From Octopus sinensis (taxonomy: Eukaryota), in the NCBI RefSeq assembly GCF_006345805.1, contig NC_043006.1, positions 7,006,001 to 7,070,000 of the forward strand: DNA of 64,000 nt, written 5' to 3'. Below are positions 1-13,289 of this stretch, piece by piece (positions within the stretch are counted from its first letter, which is position 1; the number at the start of each line of letters is the position of its first letter). Made by a program: the position numbers and the translations under genes. The notes beneath the pieces were generated by a model. The model had not been told where the DNA came from and did no database searches. It worked only from the letters and a program-made list of their open reading frames with translations.

Positions 1-70
1 GAGTACTGGGTTCGATCTAATCGACTGGCCTCTTTACCCAAAATTTCGGGCCTTGTGCCTCGAGTAGAAA
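1..70 (+). mobile_element. 3' part of a diverged family-A SINE, cut by the window edge
   Basis: gtactgggttcgatctaatcgact matches the family-A motif gtaccagttacgcactggggtcgatgtaatcgact seen in many copies in this window. Confidence 0.55.
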
Positions 71-493
71 TGAAATCTGATGATTAGTTGTAAAAGACTG
101 TTTGGTGAATTTTATTGAGAACCATCCTATTTCTATGGTCGCAGACTCGTGAGAAGATAAATTTCTTCGGATTTGTTATAAAGACATTTAAGTCACAGAC
201 ACTTACGCTGGCACAGACCCACCCAGACATAACCACGCACTTTTGCACCCACATATATCAACGATACACTCTTTGCCGATACATGTACTCGATTATACAT
301 TAAATTATCTAACTTATCAACAAATAACATCTAGTACGTTTCGAAACACCACTGGGTACAAAATAAAATTAGTGCTTTAATAAGCACTCGGTACCCTTAT
401 CATTACCACGGTACGATAGCCAGTATTTACAGTAAAATCGCAGCAAAAATAGCTTTACAATCTTTTTACGTGACAAATACCGAAATTGAATAA

Positions 494-909
494 GGCGGCG
501 AGCTGGCATAAACGTTAGCACGCTGGGCGAAATGCTTAGCGGTATTTCGTCTGCCGTTACGTTGTGAGTTCAAATTCCGCCGAGGTCGACTTTGCCTTTC
601 ATCCTTTCGGGGTCGATAAAACTAAGTACCAGTTACGCACTGGGGTCGATGTAATCGACTTAATACCTATGTCTGTCCGTGTTTGTCCTCTCTGTGTTTA
701 GCCCCTTGTGGGTAATAAAGAAATAGGTATTTCGTCTGCCGCTACGTTCTGGGTTCAAATTCCGCCGAGGTCGACTTGGCCTTTCATCCTTTCGGGGTCG
801 ATGAATTAAGTACCAGTTACGCACTGGGGTCGATATGATCGACTTAATCCGTTTGTCTGTTCTTGTTTCTCCCCCCTCTGTTTAGCCCCCTGTGGGCAAT
901 AAAGAAATA
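494..909 (+). mobile_element. tRNA-headed SINE family A, head plus two tandem body units
   Basis: A-box-like gagctggcataaacgttagc, B-box gagttcaaattcc; the ~185-bp body is repeated with junction aagaaata|ggtatttcg at 725/726. Confidence 0.85.
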
Positions 910-1800
910 GGAATGTAGATTGTAATTCTAATGAATGGTCAAGTACTTGGCACATTCATCAAAAATAATGATCGTCGTTTCGATCATGACTTGAATTCTG
1001 TCTCGAACTTGCGTTTTTCATTGGACCCTTAGGATTTTATAAAAGTAACTGCAAGTCGAACATGATAAGCATCTGACTTTGTTTTGTCCTCCGTTGTGAT
1101 ATCTCTCATATCTAATGACATATTCTCAGCCGTTTATATAAAGCAGTGTTACACAGATCAATAGAATGTACGTCTGTAACTTAACGATTCTAAAGCCAAC
1201 AAAATTACACACAACTTACATTAAACTTGTCCATTGTCTTACGTCTGGTTTAGCTAATGGCTGCCATTTCTTTATGTCATTACATGCTTAGTATATGTGA
1301 GTACATATATTTTTTTCTAGTGTGGAGTTTACGGCGAACAAATATTAATTGCATATTTAGATTTTAGTGAGACGTCTCCTGGTATTCGTTGAATGTTCAA
1401 TTGATTTTTAGTGGCGACGCTCTACTCGTACATTTTCTGCAAACACTTGAAAACATTGACAAGCAGCTTGACGTGGTCATGTGCATTGAAACATGAAAGA
1501 GATTAGCATATATAAATAAGAATAGAGATCAATACTTCGATTATATATTCGCGACTATGCCATGATTCTGAAAGCAATTCGATCGCACTGAATGTCTCAA
1601 GTTTTCAAATATATTATTAAGATTCAAATTTTACTGATTGCACCGAATTCACAACACTTCGGGTATAGATGTATTCTATGGTTTCCATCCATACATATAC
1701 ATGTGTGTGAGTGTGTGTATGTTTCTTGTATACACATATATCCATACATATAGGTAAACATATACATATATATGTGTGTGTGTGTGTGTGTATATATATA

Positions 1801-2281
1801 CTAGCAGAGATACCCGGCGTTGCCCGGTTACATTCAATTGAAGAATTAGACTTTTCTGTTATATATTTTCTGTAATGAACTGGAATATCTGTTTCGAATT
1901 TCATCAAAATTGCAGATGAGGGTTATTTCCCTCTTCACACACCCTAAAAAAATTGTAATCGTACCATTGATTTTTATGCGCATATTCCAAAATTCCAGTG
2001 TTATTGAACCTGTTAAAAAGATTTTGCTCCTAAAAATGAAGGTCATGGAACTCTAAAATGTTAGAGCTAAGGCCCCTGTTGGGGGTGGGCATCTTAATGT
2101 CAACCAGAGAAGTTTTTAACTTGGGTCTTATATCTATTGTTTGAATTTCTTTGAAATAGGAAATATATGTTCACTGGGTTTGTAAAAGAGAGCAAAGCTA
2201 CAGGAAACCAAAAGACAAATGATCACAATAAGCAGTCAGTTACCCTACCCTAGTCGTTACTTGAAGTACCGGTTCAAGAAC

Positions 2282-2330
<49 letters not shown>

Positions 2331-2399
2331 GTGTGTGTGTGTGTATACATATATGTATATATAATATATATATATATAATCTGTACACACACACATACA

Positions 2400-2438
<39 letters not shown>

Positions 2439-3083
2439 ACACACATAAATTGAAAGATACAACTGAGTGTGCAAAAAAAAATCTGAGACACTTCGTAGTG
2501 CTGTTTTATATTTTGATAAGCCTGGTACTTATTCTATCAGTTTCTTCTTGTAAAACCAGTAAGTTATGGGGATGTAAATAAACGAACACTAGTTGTGAAG
2601 CAGTGATGAGGGAGAAACACGAAGACACACACATAGACTTACATACATTCATACATATACATACAATTGATTTCTTTCAGTTTCTGTCTACAAAATCCAC
2701 TGACAAGGCTTCGGTTGGCCTGAGGCTACAGCAGAAGACACATGCGAAGTTACCACACAGTGGGACTGAACTGAGGATCATGTGTTTTGGAACCACGTTT
2801 GTTACCACACAGCCACACCTGCACCTATGTGTGTGTGTGTATGTGTGGGTGGATCGGTGTGTGTATGGGTGTATATATCTATGCATGTATATATATGTAT
2901 ATATATGTGTACGTATTACATGTACATCTATTTATACATCAAGACATACATGTTTACATATACATGTATATCTATATACATGCATACATATACATGTATA
3001 CATATGCATGTATACATATACATGCATACATATATGTATACATATACATTATACATATACATGTATACATATACATACATATA

Positions 3084-3124
<41 letters not shown>

Positions 3125-3244
3125 TATATAAACAAATCAAATTGCGATAAAATAAAATATTATAATCGCTGGTATTACTAACACAAGCCATATATTTTTC
3201 ATATATCAGTACATTAAGGCGAAATATGTGCTAGGAATACAGAA

Positions 3245-3277
<33 letters not shown>

Positions 3278-3536
3278 TATATACATCCATATACATACAA
3301 TAGAGAGATGCTTTTTTTTCACTTTTAACACGTAATACTGAAATAGTGGAGAAGATATGATATTGCTATGGGCTCGCCCTAGGCAAGAAGTTAAAAATTC
3401 TTTTGCCCATGACACTCCGTGGACCCTAAGTAAGGCATGTGTAAAATGTGAATGAAATTGGTTTTGTAGTTCTCAAGTTTTAGGGATTCACACAGACAGA
3501 CAGACACACATTCTCAGTTTTAAATATATATATAGA
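1801..3536 (-). mobile_element. Non-autonomous Helitron-like ends, possibly one element interrupted by microsatellites and a SINE piece
   Basis: On the minus strand: 5' A|TCTATATATA..AAAACTGAG at 3536 and 3' hairpin ccgggcaacgccggg followed by CTAG|T at 1801. That the two ends belong to one element is inferred. Confidence 0.6.
2668..2824 (-). mobile_element. Diverged 5' part of SINE family B
   Basis: Matches the family-B head and core (tttcagtttc.gtctac.aaatccact.acaagg; ttaccacacagccac). Confidence 0.7.
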
Positions 3537-3542
3537 TATATA

Positions 3543-4690
3543 TCCATGCCCTCATTTCCTTTTCCCGTCTCCCTCAGATCACCTCCAACCTCATTGTCCC
3601 CACTCCAGGTAACCCCACAAATTTACTTCCTTTACAAAATTCATAAGCCCAACAACTCTGCCCGCTCCATCTTCTCCGCCTGCAACTGCCCCATGGAAAT
3701 GATCTCCAAATACCTCGACCGTGTCCTTGCCCCCTAGTCGCTTCCCTCCTCTCCCACATCCAAGACACTAACCATGCTCTCCATCTCTTTAACTCTTTCT
3801 CTTTCCCTTCTGGCCCCTCTAAATTTCTCTTCACTCTTGGTATCAAGAATTTATATATGGTGATTCCACACAATCAAGAACTTCTAGTGCTGAAACACTT
3901 TCGACCTAACATCTCCAGATTTCTTCGTCTGGCCAAACTGGTTCTCTCCTCTTCTATTGCTTCTCATTCGTGGGGGATTTTACCAGAAGTTCTCGGGAGT
4001 GGCCATGGGAACGAAGATGGGTCCCCAACTATGCGAACCTGTTCGTTGGCCCAAATATTCTCACACGTCACTGGTCCCACTCACGAAAATGACGGTTAAT
4101 TTATCGATAACTGTCTCGGCTCGACCTCACTCTCCCGCGACCAACTAGACTCCTTCCTGTCTTTTTTCAATCGTTCCATCCTGCCCTTGAATTCTTCGGC
4201 ACTATCGCTAACTCTTTCTTCGAATTTCTCGACATTTCCGTCAGCATACACCACTCTGCCCTCACTACTTCCATTCATTACAAACACACTAACTCACATA
4301 CCTACCTTAACTTTGATTTTCCACCCTACCCACACCAAGCTCTACATCACCTTCTCCCAATTCCTCCGTCTGCGCAGCCTCTGCAGTCTCAACACATGGC
4401 TCACCCCCTTCTCCAACGTGGATATCCACTCACCATAATCCACACTGCCCATGCCAGGGCACGATCCGCGGACCGTGTCTCTCTTTTCTCCTCGCATCAG
4501 CCCCGCTGCTGCCGGTCTTCCGTTACCCCTCACCTACAACTCCTGCAATTCCCCCCCCCCACAATGCACCATTCTACAAGCTTTCCGGCGACTCCAGTCC
4601 GTCCCCTCCACCTCGCACATCTTCCCAACCTACCCTTCAATCCTTCGAACAAGCCCTAACCTGCCTGATCGCCTGGTCCGCGGTCAATAA
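3543..4690 (+). pseudogene. Decayed Penelope-like element reverse transcriptase fragment
   Basis: Frameshifted peptides PQIYFLYKIHKPNN..SACNCPMEMISKYLDRVLAP, GVAMGTKMGP, FIDNCLG (YIDD position), FSQFLRLRSLCS and FFQRGYP-like sequence match PLE RT and linker motifs; no GIY-YIG domain seen. Confidence 0.8.
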
Positions 4691-4902
4691 TCTTTACCTA
4701 TAAATTTGTTATTTATTTGATCATGTAACTGAGTAATACACGTCTATTTTAGTACAATCCCTCCTTCGCTTGTGCAAAGCTGGAACGTACTGACCCCCTC
4801 GATTGGGGATATGCATTCAGTCTTATATTTTTCTAACTGCCCCGTCTGGGATGACGGCTTACGTAGCTTAAGAAATCCTTACTCAATATCATGACCCACG
4901 TC

Positions 4903-5148
4903 AAGAGATGGAGAGCACGGTTAGTGTCGTGGATGTGTGAGGGGAGGGAAGCGACTAGGGGGCAAGGACACGGTCGAGGTACTTGGACATCATTTACAAG
5001 GGGTAGTTGCAGGCGGAGAAGATGGGGTGTCCAGGGTTGCTAGGGCTGTTGATTTTGGGAAAGAAGTAAATAGTGGGGTTACTTGGAGTGTGGACAATGA
5101 GGTTGGAAGTGGTTTAAGGGAGACGGGAGGAGGAAACGAGGGCATGGA
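4903..5148 (-). mobile_element. Inverted, diverged copy of the first ~245 bp of the PLE RT fragment
   Basis: Reverse complement aligns to 3543-3789 and starts at the same tccatgccctc breakpoint. Confidence 0.85.
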
Positions 5149-5212
5149 CCACACCAGCCACACACATATATATATGTATATGTATATATATATGTATATG
5201 TGTACATATATG

Positions 5213-5258
<46 letters not shown>

Positions 5259-5397
5259 ATATATATATATTATATATGTATATATATAGTATATATATAT
5301 GTATATATATATAGTATTATATATAGTATATATATATATGTATATATATATACATATATATGTAATATATGTATATATATGTATATATATATGTATA

Positions 5398-5467
<70 letters not shown>

Positions 5468-6147
5468 CAAAATGGGACATGAACGCAAAACATTCAAATA
5501 GACGATACAAAAATGGGCGGGCCATTCGAAGCCTCTAATCTTCAGTAAAGAACCGGATCATCCACGCAATTTTGGCTGATTAATCTTGAGATTGCACCGA
5601 TCTGGCCAGCTCCAAGGAAAAACTAAGCTACAAGTCTTAGATTTCTTTGAAAAAGGATCGAATGTATACGAAACAAGGACAGAAAAACAGACGATGTTAC
5701 ACGAATATAAATACAAAAAAAAAAACAAAAAATAATACGAATATAAATACAAAAAACAATAATAACAACAATAATAACGGGACAGAACAACAGACATCTT
5801 TCGACTTTAGACAGTTGAACTTAGCTGGCGTATTTGAAATATAATGCCTTACGGCAGATGAAGAATCGGATGTTGTCGTGGCGCTGGTCAGAAGCGGAAA
5901 GGATATAGCCAGCGGTCACGTGAGAAGAGAGAAAAAAAATTACTTATACGTATGGATATATATGTGTATACAACAGGCATACAGAAACATGCACGCACAT
6001 ACACACACTATTCTAGAAACATTTGTAAGAGACTATATCTGTTTATATTCTATATGTACGCTAAATGATTTCGTGTGACGTCAGACGTTTTGCTTTTTCA
6101 TATTCTAATTTTAAACTACGTGCGCGCACGCTCACACACACCCATGC

Positions 6148-6570
6148 TCTTTTACTCTTTACTCTTTTACTTGTTTCAGTCATTTGACTGCGGCCATGCT
6201 GGAGCACTGCCTTTAGTCGAGCAAATCGACCCCGGGACTTATTCTTTGTAAGCCCAGTACTTATTCTATCGGTCTCTATTGCCGAACCGCTATGTGACGG
6301 GGACGTAAACACATCAGCATCGGTTGTCAAGCAATGCTAGGGGGACAAAGACAGACAGACAGACAGACAGACAGACACACACACATATATATATATATAT
6401 ACATATATACGACAGGCTTCTTTCAGTTTCCGTCTACCAAATCCACTCACAAGGCATTGGTTGGCCCGGGGTTATAGCAGAAGACACTTGCCCAAGATGC
6501 CACGCAGTGGGACTGAACCCGGAACAATGTGGCTGGTTAGCAAGCTACTTACCACACAGCCACTCCTGCG
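6148..6570 (-). mobile_element. SINE family B, full length (CORE-like, probably OR2-type)
   Basis: tRNA-like head gcaggagtggctgtgtggtaag..ccgggttcagtccc, CORE-like cttgggcaagtgtcttct, internal microsatellite, (agtaaaag)n tail. Confidence 0.85.
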
Positions 6571-7012
6571 CCATGTACACACATACGTATGTATGCATGT
6601 ATGTATGTAAGTTTGCATGAATGTAAGTCTGTATGTTGGTATAAATGTATGTTTGTATGTATGCATGCATTCATATGTAAGTATATGTATGTATTCAAGG
6701 AAGTCATGAAGTCGAAGGAGGAATGCACGCAAAAAAAAAATTAAAAGAATATAGAGTAAATTTTCATAATACTATAGCAGTAAATCTTATCTCACCGTGG
6801 TGGACGTCTACAGCTTTTAGATCACAAGATCAGGGGTTCGAGACACATCCCAAGGAGGAACCCTATCACCGATCTCTATCCCTGATAAAAACATGCAGGA
6901 AAACTATAATATAATATTCTTTAGTATTATGTGCATTTCTCTCTTCCCCTTTCTCTCTCTCTCTCTTTCTCAATACACACACACACACACACACACAACA
7001 CACACATATATA

Positions 7013-7181
7013 TAGGAGTGGCTGTGTGGTACGTAGCTTGCTTACCAACCACATGGTTCCGGGTTCAGTCCCACTGAGAGGCACCTTGGGCAAGTGTCTT
7101 CTACTATAGCTTCGAGCCGACCAGAGCCTTGTGAGTGGATTTGGAAGACGGAAACTGAAAGAAGCCCGTCGTATATAAGTT

Positions 7182-7233
<52 letters not shown>

Positions 7234-7638
7234 CATAAGAAAATGGAGAAAACAATTAGTTGGTTCATGAGCTTTAGGATATTAGAATGTTGACCCTATA
7301 TATATATATATGTATGTATGTATGTATGTTGTATGTATGTATGTTCTGTAGTATGTATGTATGTATGTATGTGTGTATGTATGTGTGTATGTATGTATTT
7401 ATATGTGTGTGTATATGTTTGTGTGTCTGTGTTTGTCCCCCAAACATCGCTTGACAACCGATGCAGGTGTGTTTATGTCCCCGTAACTTTGCGATTCGGC
7501 AAAAAAGACCGATAGAATAAGTACTAAGCTTACAAAGAATAAGTCCTGGGATCGATTTGTTCGGCTAAAGGCGGTACTCCAGCATGGCCACAGTCAAATG
7601 ACTGAAACAAGTAAAAAGGAGGAAAAGAGTAAAGAGTA
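7013..7638 (+). mobile_element. SINE family B with expanded internal TA/TATG tract
   Basis: Head at 7013, tail gactgaaacaagtaaaa at ~7600-7638. Confidence 0.8.
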
Positions 7639-7669
7639 TATACTTAGATACGAATGTGTGTAAATACCT

Positions 7670-7895
7670 ATTTTTTTATTACCCACAAGGGGCTAAACAC
7701 AGAGGGGACAAACAAGGACAGACATAGGTATTAAGTCGATTACATCGACCCCAGTGCGTAACTGGTACTTAATTTATCGACCCCGAAAGGATGAAAGGCA
7801 AAGTCGACCCGGCGGAATTTGAACTCAGAACGTAACGCAGACGAAATACCGCTAAGCATTTCGCCCGGCGTGCTAACGTTTCTGCCAGCTCGCCG
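7670..7895 (-). mobile_element. SINE family A with 14-bp target site duplication
   Basis: Full head-to-tail match; tgtgtgtaaatacc flanks both ends. Confidence 0.85.
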
Positions 7896-8472
7896 TGTGT
7901 GTAAATACCGACGCTTCATATACGCACATATTTGTATATGCATCACATGCGTAATCGAATTCGACAAAGCGTAGCAATAATACTGAGATGGCGAAAAGGC
8001 TAATCAAACAAATGCAGAATGTAGTTTCAGTATAAGAGAAGACAAGAAAAGATTAAGGCCTGCTACAATTGGAAAACAATCACATGCAGACGAGATTTGA
8101 GATAATGTAACGAATAGAATATTAATCGCAGAATCGATAGAAAGCAGATAGCATTAAGATTAAAAAACGAAAACGAATTTGTTTAATATGTAAATATGGT
8201 TATGTTGAAGCAGGACAAGACGGAGCGGTGCAAGTATCCATGTAAAATGATATTAAATTCGTTCTTAATTAATTGGAATCAGAGCACAATATTGTGATTC
8301 CATGTATGGATACGAAATTCAGAAAGCGCATATAAAATAGAACAAGCATAGACTAAAAAAAGAATTAAATTGCAACCCAACAGTAATCAATTTGAAAATA
8401 TTGAAAAATACGTACATCTTCCTACAACACAAAGAATATATATAAATAAATATATATATATATTTCTCTCTC

Positions 8473-8537
<65 letters not shown>

Positions 8538-8744
8538 TGTTGTGTCTGGGGAGAGTCATTTTCTTTTTGTGCCTTTACTCACCGGTAAAATTTCCCCTTT
8601 TTTCTTATTTTTATTTTCCTAAGATTTCGTTGTCTTGCAACCTTTTCAACAGTTTAGAATCTTGCAAACCAAATCCCAAAACGAAATATATATATTACAC
8701 ACACAACACACACACACACACACCACACACACAAACATATATAT

Positions 8745-8795
<51 letters not shown>

Positions 8796-8865
8796 ATATA
8801 TATATATATAGATATATATATATTTATTATATATATATATATATATTATATATATATAATATATA

Positions 8866-9398
8866 CAGGGTCAGGCAAAATGACCTGACACATTTGTAGG
8901 TTAAATAAAAGGCATTGTTTTTCGTTTCTTTTTCAGTTGCTGCCATGAATTGGACTGGTGAGCATCGCTCTTCATTGTGGAAACGTTTATCAAAACAAAC
9001 GATTCTGTAACTGCAACACAAAGAGCGTTCCGTTTGCACTTCAATCTTGGTAGAACATGATCCCGTACCAGCTCGAAACACGATCTTGTTATGGGTTACC
9101 AACTTCAGAGCTACTGGATCTGCATTGAAACGAAAATCAACCGGCCGACCAACTTAAAGATGCAATTCGTCAAGAAATACTGCCTTCCACATGAAATGAC
9201 CCGCCGAGTTATTGACAACTTTCGTGAACGCCTTCGACAGGTGTGGACAATAATGGATCCCATTTGACTGATTTAATTTTTAAAACATAATGAAACAAAA
9301 TGACATTATATGTACTTTTTTAAAAAAAAAACACTTTTTTGTTCTTTACTTCATTTGCCTTTTATTTAACCTACAAATGTGTCAGATCATTTTGCCTG

Positions 9399-9404
<6 letters not shown>
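8866..9404 (+). mobile_element. Internally deleted Tc1/mariner-superfamily element (rosa/DD41D-like)
   Basis: ~49-bp TIRs cagggtcaggcaaaatga.ctgacacatttgtaggttaaataaaaggca, TA flanks; N-terminal remnant MNWTGEHR..FIVETFIKTNDSVTATQRAFRLHF and C-terminal remnant EMTRRVIDNFRERLRQ..HLTDLIFKT*; catalytic domain absent. Confidence 0.8.
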
Positions 9405-9463
<59 letters not shown>

Positions 9464-9466
<3 letters not shown>

Positions 9467-10001
9467 ATACAATAATATGTTACATTACTCGATAGTCAAG
9501 ATAAAACTCTGAGTTTCAGATGCCGAAGTGGGAATCCACGACATCTCACAACATGGAGAGATGGCTTATCTGGAAAAGCAGCTTAGACCCTACTACATGT
9601 CTAAACACAAGGACAGAACTTTTCGGATCATGGCCAAATTTCTGTTACGTTTTTGGTCCCCTAAAGAAAACAGATAGAACATGCTTTCTATGTTATGTCC
9701 CAAGAAGGTGTTTTTACCTCATCACACCTTCTATCATACATTTTATATATTTTTATATATTTTTTATATATTTTTTAGGTATTTTTATATATATAATTTT
9801 TATGGCGAAAACTGCGAGCGATGTATAAGTACGCAGGCAAGCAGAATTATAACACAGTAATTCCCCTTTGTATAACGGTACTTTTTCATAGCGTTTTCAA
9901 ATAGCCAGATAACCGAAGAGATATCGTGGATTCCCACTTCGGTATCTGAAACTCAGAGTTTTATCTTGACTATCGAGTAATGTAACATATTATTGTATAG
10001 A
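9464..10001. mobile_element. Element with ~85-bp inverted ends in (TA)n; the ends contain a hammerhead fold (PLE-terminal-like)
   Basis: 9464-9547 is the reverse complement of 9918-10001 with 2 differences. Confidence 0.75.
9907..9966 (+). ncRNA. Type I hammerhead ribozyme-like motif (U4C core, extra U before G12)
   Basis: Stem I agataa/ttatct; core CCGAAGA; stem II gatatc-gtgg/ccac-ggtatc; GAAA; stem III actc-a-gagt; GUU site. Confidence 0.6.
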
Positions 10002-10081
10002 TATATATATATATGTATATATAAAAGATCACTAGCAGCCCTGGTCATGTAACGTATATCTTCTATGAACATACATACATG

Positions 10082-10112
<31 letters not shown>

Positions 10113-10117
<5 letters not shown>

Positions 10118-10560
10118 CAATGCATAACAGTGTTGCCCAGATGTTATGACCCATAAGCACATTGTACTATTTGCACCTCTGTTATGGGCAGAAGCGGCAC
10201 ATCTGATATATAGTCAATGGAATAATGGAAGTTATTGTCTGTTCAGTAGTGAAGGGTGAGAGCACAATTTGCAATGGGCTTGCATGAAGGGGATTTCTAT
10301 TCTTAGTTTAATATTTCTGAAAGGAACACACAATTCCCGAACCTCCACCTCACCCACCCAGTTGAAATCTCCCAATCTTTTACTTTCGTCTGATATTTCC
10401 CGCAGGCGTAGAATTGCGTATGCGTTGATTTATAGTGAAAGAGCTAAAGGACTATGGCATGTGAAGCCCTCACCATGAAACTCGATATGCTAAAAATAAC
10501 AACTAAATGTCCGGTGAATTTTTGTGCTTTTGGGCGCGCGCACGCACGCACGCAACAATT
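10113..10560 (-). mobile_element. Possible decayed Helitron remnant
   Basis: ttagcaatgcataacagtgttgcccag weakly resembles the reverse complement of the Helitron 3' end seen at 1801; no 5' end found. Confidence 0.3.
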
Positions 10561-10624
10561 CATTCAGTTTATCCGAATGAACAAAGAAAGAAATACACAA
10601 AATATATTTGACATAGCTGTCGTA

Positions 10625-11060
10625 TACTCTTACTCTTTACTCTTTTACTTGTTTCAGTCATTTGACTGCGGCCATGCTGGAGCAACGCCTTTAGTCGAGC
10701 AAATCGACCCCGGGACTTATTCTTTGTAAGCCCAGTACTTATTCTATCGGTCTCTTTTGCCGAACCGCTAAGTGACGGGGACGTAAACACACAAGCATCG
10801 GTTGTCAAGCAATGCTAGGGGGACAAACACAGACACACAAACATATACACACACATACATATATATATACATACATATATATATATATATACATATATAC
10901 GACAGGCTTCTTTCAGTTTCCGTCTACCAAATCCACTCACAAGGCATTGGTCGGCCCTGGGCTATAACAAATGACACTTGCCCAAGATGCCACGCAGTGG
11001 GACTGAACCCGGAACCATGTGGTTGGTAAGCAAGCTACCTACCACACAGCCACTCCTGCG
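10625..11060 (-). mobile_element. SINE family B, full length
   Basis: Near-identical to 6148-6570. Confidence 0.85.
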
Positions 11061-11278
11061 GTTTTTTTTTTTCGCTTTAAAGGTAAACGATTTTGATAGA
11101 AGCAGCTATTTCGCTATAAATTCATTGGATTAATCCCAACAAGATACTACAAGCTTAGTCACTGACCCAGCACCTATATGTGTGTTCTTCATTCAAAAAT
11201 AACCAAAAAAAATTAACATATTTCCAAAATGGGATTTATTCCAAGTGTATCCGCGTGCGTATATGTGCATGTGTGTAA

Positions 11279-11492
11279 GGCGGCGAGCTGGCAGAAACGT
11301 TAGCACGCCGGGCGAAATGCTTTGCAGTATTACGTCCGCCGCTGCGTTCTGAGTTCGACTTTGCTTTCATCCTTTCGGGGTCGATAAATTAAGTACCAGT
11401 TACGCACTGGGGTCGATATAATCGACTTAATTCGTTTGTCTGTCCTTGTTTGTCCCCTCTGTGTTTAGCCCCTTGTGGGTAGTAAAGGAATA
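11279..11492 (+). mobile_element. SINE family A with 15-bp target site duplication
   Basis: Full match; tatgtgcatgtgtgt on both sides. Confidence 0.85.
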
Positions 11493-11812
11493 TATGTGCA
11501 TGTGTGTGGGTGGGGGTGCGCATAAAAACCTTTACAGATATGTAATCATAAAATTTCTAATGAAATAAGTTGTCTTCATATGTCACGCTTGCAATTCTCC
11601 ATATAAATGATAACAAATTGTGTATCAAATACAATTAAAATCCTGGTTCAATCACAGATCGATCAATTTATTAAAGTTTTAACGTTGTTGGTAACAACAT
11701 ATTCTCTCTTTTAATTGAATATTGAAAACGAGAGAATATGCTTGGCAAATTAATTTTGGGAAAATTACTAAACCCCTCGATTTATTATAACAATTAAAAA
11801 ATAATTAGGATT

Positions 11813-12179
11813 GTGACCCGGCGTTGCCGGATCATAGTGCTAGTGCATGCATATACAGCTGCGTGTGTGCGCACATACACGCGAGTACTGTCCAAATCTT
11901 CGACCAATCACATACAGCTACCTGGCATTCAATTGGCGTATCAAGTTTCCGGCATTTTGATTGGGTTTTGGATAGAAAATTCACAAAAAAGTCACTTCTA
12001 TTAATTTTTTTTAATGCTTTGGGGGTGCTGGGGGAAATGTAAAGATGTGCACGACACCCTTGGACGGTTTTGAATGACCATAGAAGGTGCAAGCCCTCTA
12101 ACTAAACAAATGTGGATTTGTATAAAGGATACACACACACACACACACACACAGACATTTTGCCGTTTATATATATAGT
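11813..12179 (-). mobile_element. Non-autonomous Helitron-like element, degraded ends
   Basis: Minus-strand start ctatatatataaacggcaaaatgtctgtgtg; hairpin ccggcaacgccggg near 11815-11830; terminal CTAG lost. Confidence 0.55.
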
Positions 12180-13289
12180 GAGATTCAGAGGTGTAACATT
12201 GCGCGAGTTCGTTTCACCTCGTGATTTTCTTATTCTGCGTTTCTCTCGGTTATTCCATAAAAATTTATTTCTTTATGAGTTGAAGAGAGCAGAAATTGAA
12301 GGAGATGAGAAAGTGAAAGAAGTGTATATGAAATGGACGTGTGTGTGCGTGTATGCGTGTGTGCGAGAGAGAGGGAGAGAAAGAGAGACAGAGAGAAAGA
12401 GACAAAGCGGTAGAATTTATGAGGGAAGGTGTGTGTCGCGATGATGGATATCTTTTAATGTACAGTCATATAGAAAATGACACGTCATCGTCGTGGTCGT
12501 CGTAGAAAATGCTTGACTTAATGGAAAAGAATATATTTTAAAATTTTTGTAATGCCAGTGAAAATGAAGTTTAATTGGTAGCCCAAATAGTACATAATTT
12601 TTTGATAACCCATACGTCACAATCGGCGCCTCGGTTTTGGAATGTATGAGAAACATACACACGCACACACACACATGCATACAAACTCACTGCTATACAC
12701 ACATATATATATATATAATATATATATATGTAGTACGTACATATATAGATGTAGGTACGTATATATATGTATGTATGCATATATTTTATATATTAAATTA
12801 TTGTATGACTGAACGCCCTCGCATCGTTTCGTTTCGTTTCTTTTCTTTTCTCCAAGTAAGTTTTTATATATAATTATGACGCGAACTCTGTAACCCTTTG
12901 CGTGACCTTTCTTTCCTTCCTGTCTGTCTTCCACTTTGCCTGTCTCTCTCCTTCTTATTTTTCACCCTTTCTGGTTTCCTTTCCTCTCTAACTATCTCTC
13001 TCTCACTTCTCCTCATCTCTCTCACTGCCGAGTCGACTACCAACTTCCTTTCACTCGCAGTTTTCTACAAGTCAACACGACTTTTTCTTGCGCTCTGAAT
13101 TTTTCCATCGCCTAGGCTTAAAAAAGGCCCTCAATGTTGGTTTCATTGTCCTGTTTTTATTCTTTATGTGTACTGTATTTTTATTTTTATTTTGTATTTG
13201 TATTTTCATTTGTATTGCTTTTACATCCTGTTCTTGTCACATTTTTTCTTTCCTTGTTTTTACCCCTCTGCAAAGGAATTTTATTTAAT

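Noticed and set aside
330-410. Minus-strand hammerhead-like motif ending gaaacgta
   Set aside because: Core 3:8 unpaired, 11-nt gap before GAAA, no stem I partner
494-909. CRISPR-like array or PLE-type mobilisation of SINE family A
   Set aside because: Repeats are long SINE bodies without spacers, and monomers have 10-16-bp TSDs typical of LINE-driven insertion
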